64,000 nucleotides of DNA from an uncultured Chitinophagales bacterium (GCA_964490845.1 CAZBED010000001.1:486650-550649), one strand, 5' to 3'; positions 47,171 through 57,481 are shown, counted from the first letter of the stretch. Notes: a model not told the origin generated them from the sequence alone. Made by a program: numbers and translations.

Positions 47171-47511
47171 AGTGGTTGTATTCCTTGGTGATTGTCACAG
47201 GTTTATTTATTCTTGCCGGTTTTTTTATCCCTGATGATTTACGAACAGGCTATTACTGGATGTCTATGGGGATGGCAGCAGTTTCTTTCCTGTTTTATAT
47301 TATGATGGTTCAATCACGGCAAAAACAACATGCTGCAAAGGCCGGCGCCAATCTGGCAGCCATTACGCTGAAGTTTATTGTTTCCATGCTGGTCGTGATT
47401 GTATATATTGTCTTGTTTGGCTCCGAAAACAAAATAGACTTTGTGTTTTTTATCATCAGTTATTGTATTTATTCCATCGTCAGTTATACAGGTGCTTATT
47501 ATTATAAATAA
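47167..47511 (+). CDS. small 4-TM membrane protein (ATP synthase protein I-like?)
   Basis: 114 aa with four hydrophobic segments. ATGA overlap with the AtpZ gene. Confidence 0.65.
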   Translation: MKWLYSLVIVTGLFILAGFFIPDDLRTGYYWMSMGMAAVSFLFYIMMVQSRQKQHAAKAGANLAAITLKFIVSMLVVIVYIVLFGSENKIDFVFFIISYCIYSIVSYTGAYYYK

Positions 47512-47563
47512 CAGAAGAACCCGCTAATTTTATATTTGAATAACCTGCGCTTAACGTGCCTGC

Positions 47564-47595
47564 TTTGATATTATCCGTTTTTTTAGCTAAGTTTG
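47564..47595 (+). promoter_or_regulatory. Bacteroidetes-type promoter for the TonB-C gene
   Basis: TTTG (47564-47567), a 20-bp spacer, then TAAGTTTG (47588-47595). The GTG start is at 47613. Confidence 0.45.
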
Positions 47596-47612
47596 ATTAA
47601 ATACAAAAAAGA

Positions 47613-48158
47613 GTGAAGACTAAATTTTTCATCTTTCCGGCTGGATTAATGTTGTTGTTGTCGGTATATGGATTTAAACCTCCTAAAAATACCTATCCCA
47701 AAAACGACATCCTGTATTCCAAATATGGTGGTGACGCAGATAAAATGCTGAGAGAAGAAAGAAAATTAGATTCGCTGGCGCATCCCTACCTTTATCAGAC
47801 CTCCAAAAAAGAAACAATAGAAACAAGTTCCGGCATTGATGATGAATCTGTGATTTTAGAGAAAGTTGAAATAATGCCTCAGTTTCAGGATGGAGAAAAG
47901 GGATTGAAAGAATACATTACTTCCGGCACCGCCTTCATTCCGGACACTTTGGTTGGCAAAAAGGCCACTGTTACTGTTAAATTTTATATCAATACATTGG
48001 GCGATGCCAAAAACCCTAAGATTATCAAAAGCACCGATCCTTCCTTTGATTTGCAAACCATTATGCTGATAGACGGGATGCCTAAGTGGACACCGGCAAA
48101 ACAAAATGGGAAAGAAGTAAACTGTTATATCACGTTACCTATAAAATATGGAGAATAA
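47613..48158 (+). CDS. TonB C-terminal domain (energy transducer) protein
   Basis: VEIMPQFQDGEKGLKEYI...TVKFYINTLGDAKNPKIIKS...MPKWTPAKQNGKEVNCYITLPIKY. Confidence 0.8.
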   Translation: MKTKFFIFPAGLMLLLSVYGFKPPKNTYPKNDILYSKYGGDADKMLREERKLDSLAHPYLYQTSKKETIETSSGIDDESVILEKVEIMPQFQDGEKGLKEYITSGTAFIPDTLVGKKATVTVKFYINTLGDAKNPKIIKSTDPSFDLQTIMLIDGMPKWTPAKQNGKEVNCYITLPIKYGE

Positions 48159-48939
48159 AAAGTACCTCGCCGGAACAATAATCACATTGGCTATCCTTAT
48201 CCTGCTTACGTCCATCAGCTATGCCGCATCCAAAAAGCCATTAACCGTTATCCTTATCGGTAAGATGAATAACAAGTACGAGATTCACATGAAACTGACC
48301 ATTGATGCCTCAAAGGTACAAGGATTGTACTATTATACCAGCAGCTTCAAACCGATTGGCCTGGAAGGAACAAGAAACGGAAATATCATTACTCTAAATG
48401 AGAAGGTTAATGACTCCACCACCGGAACATTTAAAGGCAAACTGCTGAATAATCTTTACAAAGGAGAATGGAGTAATGCCGGCGGGAAAGAATTATCGTT
48501 CAGCCTTATCAATAAAGAATGGATAGCAGAAGATGCGGACAATATTTCCGGAACTTACACTCTTGGCATGAGCAAAGAAGAAGTTAAGGAAGCTGCCATT
48601 CCCAAAGGAGAAAGAGGCTATGGCGGCAAAGCCACTGTCATGCTTTTCTCCAATAAAAAAATTGGATTCTGTATCAGCTATACGAATGGTTATCCTGGAT
48701 ATCATATCGGCGAGATTCAGGGTACAGCTTCTCCCGGGGCTGACGGCGTATATACCTTCAGCGACTCATTGAATACGGGGGACAAGCCATGTCAACTATC
48801 ATTTACCTTTAAAAATAAAAAACTGGAGCTACTTCAGTCTTCCGATGACAGCAGTTGCGGGTTTGGAGCATTCATCAATATCAGCGGTACCTACAAAAAA
48901 GAAGAGAAAGCGGTTAATCTGGAAAATTGTTTGTTTTAA
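48148..48939 (+). CDS. hypothetical exported protein
   Basis: 263-aa ORF with a signal/anchor (LAGTIITLAILILLTSISYAA). Overlaps the previous gene by 11 nt. Confidence 0.65.
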   Translation: MENKKYLAGTIITLAILILLTSISYAASKKPLTVILIGKMNNKYEIHMKLTIDASKVQGLYYYTSSFKPIGLEGTRNGNIITLNEKVNDSTTGTFKGKLLNNLYKGEWSNAGGKELSFSLINKEWIAEDADNISGTYTLGMSKEEVKEAAIPKGERGYGGKATVMLFSNKKIGFCISYTNGYPGYHIGEIQGTASPGADGVYTFSDSLNTGDKPCQLSFTFKNKKLELLQSSDDSSCGFGAFINISGTYKKEEKAVNLENCLF

Positions 48940-48941
48940 TC

Positions 48942-49859
48942 TTAATCTACAAACGGAATCAACCCTCGTATTCCCATATCAACCACGGAATCTTCGACCC
49001 CTGTGTTCAGAATATTTAATGGCTGAAACAATCCATCTCCATTTTTGTCTTTCCACTCAAAACTTTTGTTTGTAGAAAGCGAAACCGTAATCACCACATC
49101 GCCTGTTTCTGAACCTGTGATGGTAAATCCGGAAGGAGACAGGAATCTGCCGGTCACTACACAAGAGCCGGGATTTATCGGTGAAGTATTAAAAATAGGA
49201 TTAGGAACAGTAGTTGCGTTTTCCGGCGCCTGCCATTCTACCGGCGGCCTTGTAATTCCCAAAGGTAAATCACTTACTTCCACGGCACCATACCCTTGTT
49301 TTTTATTGGCATTTACCGTTACCGTCTGATCTTTCACCTTATAAGAAGTAAGGTATGTATTGAATCCTACAAAAGATGCTACACGACCCGTATACATACC
49401 ATTTGCAATCGGATAGGTCAAATTCTCGTATTTTATTTTGATGTCATAATTCTGATATGCCAAAGAGACACGCAGCCATTTATATGAACCGGGCGTAACT
49501 TTACTTATTGGCACGGAGAAAAACACTTCATTGTTTCCGGCAAATGCCGCTTTGGAAAAATCGATTGCCAATGCCCCGCCGGTAGTTACCTCATTAGCCT
49601 TATAAAGAATAGTACCGGTGCCTAGCGGCGATAAACTGTCCGGCGCCAGTTCAATATAATGTGCACTCATGGTATGGAATACGGGTGACTGAGCCGCATG
49701 GCCGGCGGGCAAAGTGGTTACTGGATTTCCAAAGTTATTTAATCGTGTCTGAGTGGAATCAAATTTGAATTTGAAAATCAGTTTAGGGCCTGAATCCTCT
49801 GTTTTTTTACAGGAAATCAAAAAACCGGCAGCAACCAAACACAGAAATACCTTTTTCAT
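48942..49859 (-). CDS. hypothetical lipoprotein
   Basis: Lipobox MKKVFLCLVAAGFLISCKK; 305 aa; beta-rich. Confidence 0.7.
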   Translation of the reverse strand: MKKVFLCLVAAGFLISCKKTEDSGPKLIFKFKFDSTQTRLNNFGNPVTTLPAGHAAQSPVFHTMSAHYIELAPDSLSPLGTGTILYKANEVTTGGALAIDFSKAAFAGNNEVFFSVPISKVTPGSYKWLRVSLAYQNYDIKIKYENLTYPIANGMYTGRVASFVGFNTYLTSYKVKDQTVTVNANKKQGYGAVEVSDLPLGITRPPVEWQAPENATTVPNPIFNTSPINPGSCVVTGRFLSPSGFTITGSETGDVVITVSLSTNKSFEWKDKNGDGLFQPLNILNTGVEDSVVDMGIRGLIPFVD

Positions 49860-49894
49860 AGATTTTATTTAAATTCAAAGTTAGGTTATTCAAA

Positions 49895-50665
49895 TCATAT
49901 GCCAAACAAATCAGCGGCATTTCTGGTGGTAATGGCAGCTATTTCGTCCAGACCTTTCTCATACACCGAACACAATGTTTCCGCCACTATTTTTGTGTAG
50001 GCGCTTTCGTTTCGTTTACCTCTGTATGGTACGGGCGGCAGATAGGGCGCATCGGTTTCCAGGACTATTCTATCCGGAGAGACCGACTTTAATGTGTCCC
50101 GCAAATGTGTATTCTTATAGGTGACCACACCACCTATCCCCAGATAAAAACCGAGTTTCAGGATTTCTGCAGCTTCCTCCGGACTGCCGGTAAAACAATG
50201 AAATACCCCTGGTGGATTGATCTTTCTTTTCTTCAAAATATCCAGTAACACATAAGTGGAATCTCTGGAATGAATCGCCACCGGCAGTTTTTTTTCTATG
50301 GCCCAGTCGCATTGCAATTCAAAGGCTTCTTTTTGTATTTCCAAAGTGGTTTTATCCCAGTACAAATCGATTCCAATTTCTCCTACCGCCACAAAATCAT
50401 TACGAACGGACAAATAGCGCCGGACAGTCTCCAGTTCCTGCCGATAGGATTCCGGCTTAACATAACACGGATGTAATCCTATCATAGGAAAAACAACATT
50501 CGGGAATAAGTGTACCAATTCCATCATGCCATCAATGGTACCCGAGTCTACATTCGGAATAATCATTTTAGTTACGCCATTATCTAAAGCCCGTTGTATC
50601 ATCTCCGTCCTGTCGGCATGAAATTGTTCTTCATAAAGATGCGTATGTGTATCAATGAGTGTCAT
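49895..50665 (-). CDS. tatD: TatD family metal-dependent hydrolase
   Basis: LIDTHTHLY, AVGEIGID, HSRD and ETDAPYL. Confidence 0.95.
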   Translation of the reverse strand: MTLIDTHTHLYEEQFHADRTEMIQRALDNGVTKMIIPNVDSGTIDGMMELVHLFPNVVFPMIGLHPCYVKPESYRQELETVRRYLSVRNDFVAVGEIGIDLYWDKTTLEIQKEAFELQCDWAIEKKLPVAIHSRDSTYVLLDILKKRKINPPGVFHCFTGSPEEAAEILKLGFYLGIGGVVTYKNTHLRDTLKSVSPDRIVLETDAPYLPPVPYRGKRNESAYTKIVAETLCSVYEKGLDEIAAITTRNAADLFGI

Positions 50666-50668
50666 GTG

Positions 50669-51274
50669 TCAGATATCGATTTTTTGAAAATTGAATTTGG
50701 TATTCATCTTTAAAAATGCAGGCAGGCTATACTCCAGATGTTTGCTGCTTTTATCATTTTCATGTAGTACAATGATATCGCCGCTTTGAGCTTTCTGTAA
50801 ATTTCGGAGGCATTGCGAAGAAGTGATGGTTTCATCAAAATCGCCAGGCATCAGCGACCAGTTTATCACCTTATAATCCGCTGAAATCCTCGAAAGCTGA
50901 GATGGTGTTAATCTGCCGTACGGCGGGCGAAACAAGTTACTTTTTATTAGCTGTCCGGCCTGATTGATATCGTTGCAATAATCATCCGCTTTTGTCTTCC
51001 ATCCGTTTATATGCGCATTGGAATGGTTACCAATACTGTGCCCGTCCTCCAGAATTTGCCGCATCAACTCCGGGTATTTTGCCGCATTTTCCCCCAAACA
51101 AAAAAAGGTGGCTTTCGCCCGGTGCTGCTTCAGGAGCGCCAGTAACCAGGGGGTTATTTCAGGATGTGGCCCGTCGTCAAATGTCAGGTAAACTGTATTC
51201 GATGCATCAGGAAATTTCCAGATAATATTACTGAACAGCTTTTGAATAATATATGGCGTTCGTACAAAATACAT
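50669..51274 (-). CDS. polysaccharide deacetylase (CE4) family protein
   Basis: LTFDDGPHP and GNHSNAH motifs. I prefer the start MYFVRTPYIIQKLF at 51274. Confidence 0.9.
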   Translation of the reverse strand: MYFVRTPYIIQKLFSNIIWKFPDASNTVYLTFDDGPHPEITPWLLALLKQHRAKATFFCLGENAAKYPELMRQILEDGHSIGNHSNAHINGWKTKADDYCNDINQAGQLIKSNLFRPPYGRLTPSQLSRISADYKVINWSLMPGDFDETITSSQCLRNLQKAQSGDIIVLHENDKSSKHLEYSLPAFLKMNTKFNFQKIDI

Positions 51275-51379
51275 TTGAATCCTTAAAATTACTAAAGTAT
51301 TGGTCAATTATGCGAGTCCTTTCGTTTAAGTAAAAAATAATTCCTACATTAGGGTATCATTCCCTGATACAATAATTTT

Positions 51380-52606
51380 ATGATGCGCTCCATTAAAAAA
51401 CGCTTACGTCGCTGGTGGGAAGCTGACTGGACTGATGCCGGACCATCCAATCATTTTTATATACTCGTCATCATTATTGCGCTGGGATATACCTTCATGG
51501 AATTATTTCTCAAGATTGGCAATCCCGGGCTGCAACTTGGCATCAGTGAATTCTTTCGTTTGCTTCGGGGGCAAATCTCCTACGAAGCACCGGCTGCCGT
51601 AAAACAAATATTTCCTTATGTGTGGGTGGTTTTGGTATTGAGTTGTTATATTTTCCGGGTTTATTTTATTATCTCCTCCTACTTCATTTCCTTAAAAATG
51701 TTTGACCGACAAAAATTCCAGCGCGATTTTCTGGTATACATTATTTCCGTTGTTCTGGTGGTTACCGCCACTATATTGTTATTCCGGATTATAGGACTTA
51801 TTTACTGGCTCAACGGCAATGAGTTCCATAACGGAGTAATGGTGATGGAAAACTTGTCGGATCATTTTAACCGTTTCATTAACCATACTGTGCCCACACT
51901 GGTGGAATTGCCTTATCCCCTTGCCTTGCTTACTATTTTACTCGGGCTGAGCATAAGCTCACTTGGCGGCTATTTCATTCACTGGCTGACACATCAGTCC
52001 AGACTGCTCTGGCTGACCGTTCACCGCCCGCACCACATGCCTGAGATACTGCATCCGATAGGTATTCCTCTGGCGTTTAATTTTGATTTTGTCTTAATCA
52101 TCCCCGGCTTACTGTTCAATGTAGTTTTTACCAAATTATTCTATTCAGGTTCACTGATACTGGAAACCACCTTAATTCTGATTTTTTACTACCATTTTGA
52201 AATCTTTAACCATCTTTCCACCCATTACCATATTGCTTACCACAACAAGCTGGTCCGTTTTTTTTCAGATCTCACCGGCAGCGGAATTTATCATTATGTA
52301 CACCATACTTCTGAAGTGGGTAAAGAAACCGTCAATTTAGGCGGTGGTATTTATTTATTATGGGACAGAATTTTCGGAACGTTTGAAATGCCCAAGTCTA
52401 CTCCTCCGCATACGGGCCTGAGCGGCAATCCTAAAACACGGATGAATCCCTTCCGGGTTACCTTCAGCGGCTTTGCTCAGATCTGGTATGAATTGAAGCA
52501 CAATCATAGCTGGAAAACACGCTGGCTTATACTATTCGGCAATGTCTTTTACAAACCTCCTGTTACCAAGGAATACCTGATCCTAGGCTATCCAGATCAG
52601 CAATAA
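51380..52606 (+). CDS. fatty acid hydroxylase / sterol desaturase family membrane protein
   Basis: His boxes HWLTHQSRLLWLTVHRPHH, HYHIAYHN and YHYVHH. Multi-TM. Confidence 0.85.
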   Translation: MMRSIKKRLRRWWEADWTDAGPSNHFYILVIIIALGYTFMELFLKIGNPGLQLGISEFFRLLRGQISYEAPAAVKQIFPYVWVVLVLSCYIFRVYFIISSYFISLKMFDRQKFQRDFLVYIISVVLVVTATILLFRIIGLIYWLNGNEFHNGVMVMENLSDHFNRFINHTVPTLVELPYPLALLTILLGLSISSLGGYFIHWLTHQSRLLWLTVHRPHHMPEILHPIGIPLAFNFDFVLIIPGLLFNVVFTKLFYSGSLILETTLILIFYYHFEIFNHLSTHYHIAYHNKLVRFFSDLTGSGIYHYVHHTSEVGKETVNLGGGIYLLWDRIFGTFEMPKSTPPHTGLSGNPKTRMNPFRVTFSGFAQIWYELKHNHSWKTRWLILFGNVFYKPPVTKEYLILGYPDQQ

Positions 52607-52716
52607 GGGAGCAAAACATCATTATATATTAAACTAACGGATTTTATTTTCTTCATTATCTTAGTAACTTTACAGTCCGCTCCGAATTTGCCGTACAGCG
52701 CATTAAAAATAAATAA

Positions 52717-54237
52717 ATGAGTAGTAAAATAAGAGTTCGTTTTGCACCAAGTCCAACCGGTCCGCTTCATCTGGGCGGTGTCCGTACCGCTTTGTATAAT
52801 TATCTGTTTGCCAAAAACAAAGGCGGTGATTTTATTTTACGCATAGAAGATACTGACCAGAACCGATTTGTTCCGGGTGCGGAGCAATACATTATGGATA
52901 CCTTAGCCTGGACAGGCATCACTCTCGATGAAGGCATCAACGAAGGCGGCAACTACGGCCCTTACCGGCAAAGTGACCGCAAACATTTATACAAACAGTT
53001 TGCCGACCAGTTGCTGGAAAAAGGCAATGCCTATATAGCCTTTGATACGGCGGAAGAACTGGAAGCAGAACGGGAACGGCAAAAGACAAAAGGTAATCCT
53101 ACCTTTTCCTATAATGTCGCTACCCGTTTGGAAATGAAAAACAGTTTATCGCTGCCACAGGAAGAAGTAAAAAATCGGCTGGAAAACGGCGACCCTTATG
53201 TCGTTCGGATAAAAGTTCCGGAAGATGAATCCATACACATCTCCGATATCATCCGCGGTTCGGTGGTGTTCCACTCGTCTCAGCTGGACGACAAAGTGAT
53301 GTTTAAGAGTGATGGCATGCCCACCTATCACCTCGCCAATGTGGTGGATGACCACCTGATGAAAATCAGCCATGTGATTCGTGGGGAAGAATGGCTGCCA
53401 TCCACACCGATACATGTATTATTGTACCGTTTTTTGGGATGGGAAAGCACGATGCCGGAATTTGCACATCTGCCCCTGATATTAAAACCGGACGGCAATG
53501 GTAAATTATCCAAACGAGACGGAGCAAGACTGGGCATTCCCATATTTCCGCTCAACTGGACGGATGCTGAAACGGGCGAACTTAACGCGGGATTTAAAGA
53601 ACGCGGATTCCTGCCGGAGGCATTTGTCAATATACTCGCATTTCTTGGATGGAACCCAGGAACGGAACAGGAAATTTTTTCACTGGAAGAAATGACTGAA
53701 TTATTCAGCCTCGAAAAGCTACATAAGGCCGGCGCTAAATTCGATTTTGAAAAAGCCAAATGGTTCAATGCGGAATACATCAAAAAATTATCGGATTATG
53801 ACATCGCGGATTGGTTAAAAAGGAATAACCCTGAAAAATACGAAACCATCAATATGGACTATTTATCCAAAGCAGTGGGATTAGTGAAAGACAGGCTGGT
53901 ATTTCTGAATGACGTAAATAATTTTTCGTACTTATTCAGTGCACCCCAACACTATGACGAAACTGTATTATCCAAACTGAGCGCGATAAAAGATACCTTC
54001 CAGGCTGATGCCTTCTCAGCTGCATTAAACGCTATATCAGACTTTAAGAGAGAACAAATCGAAATTGCCTTGAAAGAATTTGGGGCAGTCAATAACATAA
54101 AAACGGGAGACTTGATGAAATTTTTACGGGTAAGTCTCGTTGGCGAATTATCTGGGCCCGGTATTCCGGACCTTATTGGTTTGCTGGGTAAAAGTGAAAC
54201 CGTAAAAAGAGCAACGCATTGTTTTAGTCAAATATAA
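52717..54237 (+). CDS. gltX: glutamate--tRNA ligase
   Basis: RVRFAPSPTGPLHLGG (HIGH) and KLSKR (KMSKS). Confidence 0.97.
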   Translation: MSSKIRVRFAPSPTGPLHLGGVRTALYNYLFAKNKGGDFILRIEDTDQNRFVPGAEQYIMDTLAWTGITLDEGINEGGNYGPYRQSDRKHLYKQFADQLLEKGNAYIAFDTAEELEAERERQKTKGNPTFSYNVATRLEMKNSLSLPQEEVKNRLENGDPYVVRIKVPEDESIHISDIIRGSVVFHSSQLDDKVMFKSDGMPTYHLANVVDDHLMKISHVIRGEEWLPSTPIHVLLYRFLGWESTMPEFAHLPLILKPDGNGKLSKRDGARLGIPIFPLNWTDAETGELNAGFKERGFLPEAFVNILAFLGWNPGTEQEIFSLEEMTELFSLEKLHKAGAKFDFEKAKWFNAEYIKKLSDYDIADWLKRNNPEKYETINMDYLSKAVGLVKDRLVFLNDVNNFSYLFSAPQHYDETVLSKLSAIKDTFQADAFSAALNAISDFKREQIEIALKEFGAVNNIKTGDLMKFLRVSLVGELSGPGIPDLIGLLGKSETVKRATHCFSQI

Positions 54238-54267
54238 AGAAGCCACCTCGAGTACAAAAGAGAAAAA

Positions 54268-55929
54268 ATGGAAACACCAACCGGAGAAAATAAGTCACTC
54301 AATTTTATCGAAGAAATCATTGATAATGATTTAAATGAAGGAAAATACGATTCTATCCTGACCCGTTTTCCGCCGGAGCCAAACGGCTACCTGCACATGG
54401 GGCATGCATCTTCCATTTGCTTAAATTTCGGGGTAGCTAAAAAATTTGGCGGAAAAACCAACCTCCGGTTCGACGATACCAATCCCGTTACAGAAGACAC
54501 CGAATATGTGGAGAGCATCATGGAGGATGTGAAGTGGCTGGGCTTTGAGTGGGCGAATGTTTTTTATGCCAGCGACTATTTCGACCAGTTATATGCATTC
54601 GCCGTACAGCTCATTCGCCAGGGGGATGCGTACATTTGCGATTTATCGGCGGAAGAAATCGCCACTCAAAAGGGCTCGCCAACAGAGCCGGGGAAAAACA
54701 GCCCATACAGAGACAGAAGCCCAGAAGAAAACCTGGATTTATTCGCCCGCATGAAAGCCGGTGAATTTGCAGAAGGCGCAAAAACGCTGCGAGCAAAAAT
54801 TGACATGGCTTCGCCGAACATGCTGATGCGTGACCCTCTTCTTTATCGCATTAAATTTGCTCATCACCACCGCACCGGCGACAAGTGGTGTATTTATCCG
54901 ATGTACGATTTTGCGCACGGACAAAGTGACTCCATTGAAAAGATTACACATTCCATCTGTACGCTGGAGTTTGTTCCGCACCGCGAACTGTACGACTGGT
55001 GCATCGAAAGGTTAGGCATCTATCCATCCAGGCAGTATGAATTCGCCCGCTTAAACGTAAACTATACGGTCATGAGCAAACGCAAGCTGCTGCAACTCGT
55101 AAACGAACAGCACGTCACAGGCTGGGATGACCCGCGTATGCCGACTATCTCGGGAATGCGCCGACGCGGTTTTACCCCGGGCGCTATCCGCGAATTTTGC
55201 GATAGAGTCGGCATTGCCAAACGGGAGAAGGTAAATGATATCTCTCTGCTCGAGTTTTGTGTGCGCGAAGAGCTCAACAAAATAGCGCTGCGCCGCATGG
55301 TGGTATTTGACCCTGTGAAAGTGGTGATTGATAATTTTAACGATGCCGACATTTCTTTAGAGATAGAAAACAACCCCGAGGATGAAACCACCGGTTTCCG
55401 CTCTGTGAAATTCGGAAAAGAAATCTACATCGAACGGGAGGATTTTATGGAAAACCCGCCGAAGAAATTTTTTCGAATGGCGATTGGCCAGCATGTCCGC
55501 CTGAAAGGAGCTTTCATCGTGTTGTGTACTTCCGTTGAGAAAGATGAAACCGGGACGATTACCTGCATCCATTGTGATTATCTGCCGGACAGTAGGAGCG
55601 GCAATGACACATCGGGCATTAAAGCGCAGGGAACCTTACACTGGGTAAATTCAAAGGATGCGCTTCCGGTGGAAATCCGAGAATACGACCGATTATTTAA
55701 AGTAGAGAATCCCAATGCGGAAGAGGGAGACTTCAAAGACTATATCAACGAACACAGTTTGCATGTCATTCCGACGGCTTATGCCGAGCCGGCATTGAAA
55801 GATGCGACCACGGAACATCATTTTCAGTTTTTGCGCAAAGGCTATTTTTATCCTGATAAAAACTCTACTGCGGATAAAATTATTTTCAACAAGACAGTTG
55901 GACTAAAGGACAGCTGGGTGAAGAAATAG
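54268..55929 (+). CDS. glnS: glutamine--tRNA ligase
   Basis: RFPPEPNGYLHMGHA and VMSKRKL; 553 aa. Confidence 0.97.
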   Translation: METPTGENKSLNFIEEIIDNDLNEGKYDSILTRFPPEPNGYLHMGHASSICLNFGVAKKFGGKTNLRFDDTNPVTEDTEYVESIMEDVKWLGFEWANVFYASDYFDQLYAFAVQLIRQGDAYICDLSAEEIATQKGSPTEPGKNSPYRDRSPEENLDLFARMKAGEFAEGAKTLRAKIDMASPNMLMRDPLLYRIKFAHHHRTGDKWCIYPMYDFAHGQSDSIEKITHSICTLEFVPHRELYDWCIERLGIYPSRQYEFARLNVNYTVMSKRKLLQLVNEQHVTGWDDPRMPTISGMRRRGFTPGAIREFCDRVGIAKREKVNDISLLEFCVREELNKIALRRMVVFDPVKVVIDNFNDADISLEIENNPEDETTGFRSVKFGKEIYIEREDFMENPPKKFFRMAIGQHVRLKGAFIVLCTSVEKDETGTITCIHCDYLPDSRSGNDTSGIKAQGTLHWVNSKDALPVEIREYDRLFKVENPNAEEGDFKDYINEHSLHVIPTAYAEPALKDATTEHHFQFLRKGYFYPDKNSTADKIIFNKTVGLKDSWVKK

Positions 55930-55946
55930 GTTTTCTTTCTTATTCA

Positions 55947-56771
55947 TCAGTCAAAATACCCTATTACATATGTCCTGAATGGAACCGTATTCGATTGCAG
56001 GGTATTAAAGACATTCATGGTTATCACCCTGTTTTGTGTGTCAAATGTATAAGTATAACTGAAGCGGAATTTCGGCGGAGTTGTTTGTGTAACCAGTATG
56101 GAATAAAAAGTATTCCAGTTGCCAATAAGATTGGGATGTGAAGCATAGGGAAAAATTCCGCTCTGCTGTACCAAAAACATCGGATTTAAGTCTTTAAAAC
56201 TCAATCCATCCGACAATGGAAATGTAAAGAACTGTTCCGGAAGATTTGCCTGTGGAGCCAGTGATGAATATGAAGCAGTATCTGAACCAATCTGTACACA
56301 GGTATTAAAAAGGCCACAAGTATAGGGTCTGGACTGACGGAAAATGGTAACCTTATTATCTATATAAATTACATTATCGTAAAACAGTGAAACCCCCGAT
56401 TCCGTATACCGACAGGAATCCAGTTGCCCTACAGCCGTTCTGAAAAATCTTCGTTGCAGTATTTGATGCTGCTTAATTGAATCAATAAAATTGACGGATG
56501 AAAAATAAATGCGAAAAGTATCTCTGTAAGATGGCTTTACCATCTCTACATCCACCTGATTCGCTGAGTAGTATAACCTGGCATATGCCTCTCCGTGTTT
56601 GTTCACTGCGGAGAGCTGGTTTCCCGAGTAACTGAACTCATACGATACTGTATCTCCTAAACTGATTATCGTTAATGTTCTGATTTTCTGATTAACCACG
56701 TGTGGGCCAGACGGGTCACAGCCGACAATCAAGACAGCGTACAGCAATAAAATGTAACCAATAATCTTCAT
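55947..56771 (-). CDS. hypothetical lipoprotein
   Basis: MKIIGYILLLYAVLIVGC lipobox; 274 aa. Confidence 0.65.
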   Translation of the reverse strand: MKIIGYILLLYAVLIVGCDPSGPHVVNQKIRTLTIISLGDTVSYEFSYSGNQLSAVNKHGEAYARLYYSANQVDVEMVKPSYRDTFRIYFSSVNFIDSIKQHQILQRRFFRTAVGQLDSCRYTESGVSLFYDNVIYIDNKVTIFRQSRPYTCGLFNTCVQIGSDTASYSSLAPQANLPEQFFTFPLSDGLSFKDLNPMFLVQQSGIFPYASHPNLIGNWNTFYSILVTQTTPPKFRFSYTYTFDTQNRVITMNVFNTLQSNTVPFRTYVIGYFD

Positions 56772-56909
56772 AATCTCAGATTTACCATTAAAAGTAATGA
56801 AATATCAAGAAAGACGCCTGATTATAACATTCATTTATTGTAATACATTTCGTATAGTGAGGCTAGGCTTAGGAAAATTTGTTATTCAAATGATCAGTCA
56901 TTCCATATG

Positions 56910-57410
56910 TCAGACTGATTTTTTCTTAACGGGAAACGCTGGTGTGATTAATTTCACCACACAATCCTTTTTTATATTCAAAACAGGCGGTCGTTGCTGA
57001 ATATAATCTTCAGGGTATAATAAATAAACGGCAACCTTACACATACGCCAGGGTTGAGCATCTGCATTAACTTTAACTATATCACAGTAAATAGGAACCC
57101 CTGCATTGAACAGATAGCAGTACAGTTCATTATCATTCATAGGAAGGTATCCAATTTTTTCACCGTTATAATACAATGCCATTGCCTTATCGTCATGTTG
57201 ATTTTCGGCTTCATGCAATATATCCACCGCATCATCCACGCTCATATCTGAAACCAGCTCAAGCCCTTTATAATATCTAAATCCCGCCACATAAGTAGAA
57301 TATATCTGTACCGCATTGTATCGCTTCCCCTTGACAAAAAACTGAACCGGGACCGACAACAGCATACCGCTTTTCAAGACAGACTTAATAAAATCGGCTC
57401 TTGTTAACAT
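56910..57410 (-). CDS. stand-alone HIRAN domain protein
   Basis: VAGFRYYKGL...ILHEAENQHDDKAMALYYNGEKIGYLP matches the HIRAN pattern GxRYYxG...ExxNxxDxxA...kiGyl. 166 aa. Confidence 0.7.
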   Translation of the reverse strand: MLTRADFIKSVLKSGMLLSVPVQFFVKGKRYNAVQIYSTYVAGFRYYKGLELVSDMSVDDAVDILHEAENQHDDKAMALYYNGEKIGYLPMNDNELYCYLFNAGVPIYCDIVKVNADAQPWRMCKVAVYLLYPEDYIQQRPPVLNIKKDCVVKLITPAFPVKKKSV

Positions 57411-57481
57411 AACTATATTACACTTTTTGCAGTCAGTAATTTTTTAAGAATTTATGCCGGGCAACACCGTGTACACAACAT

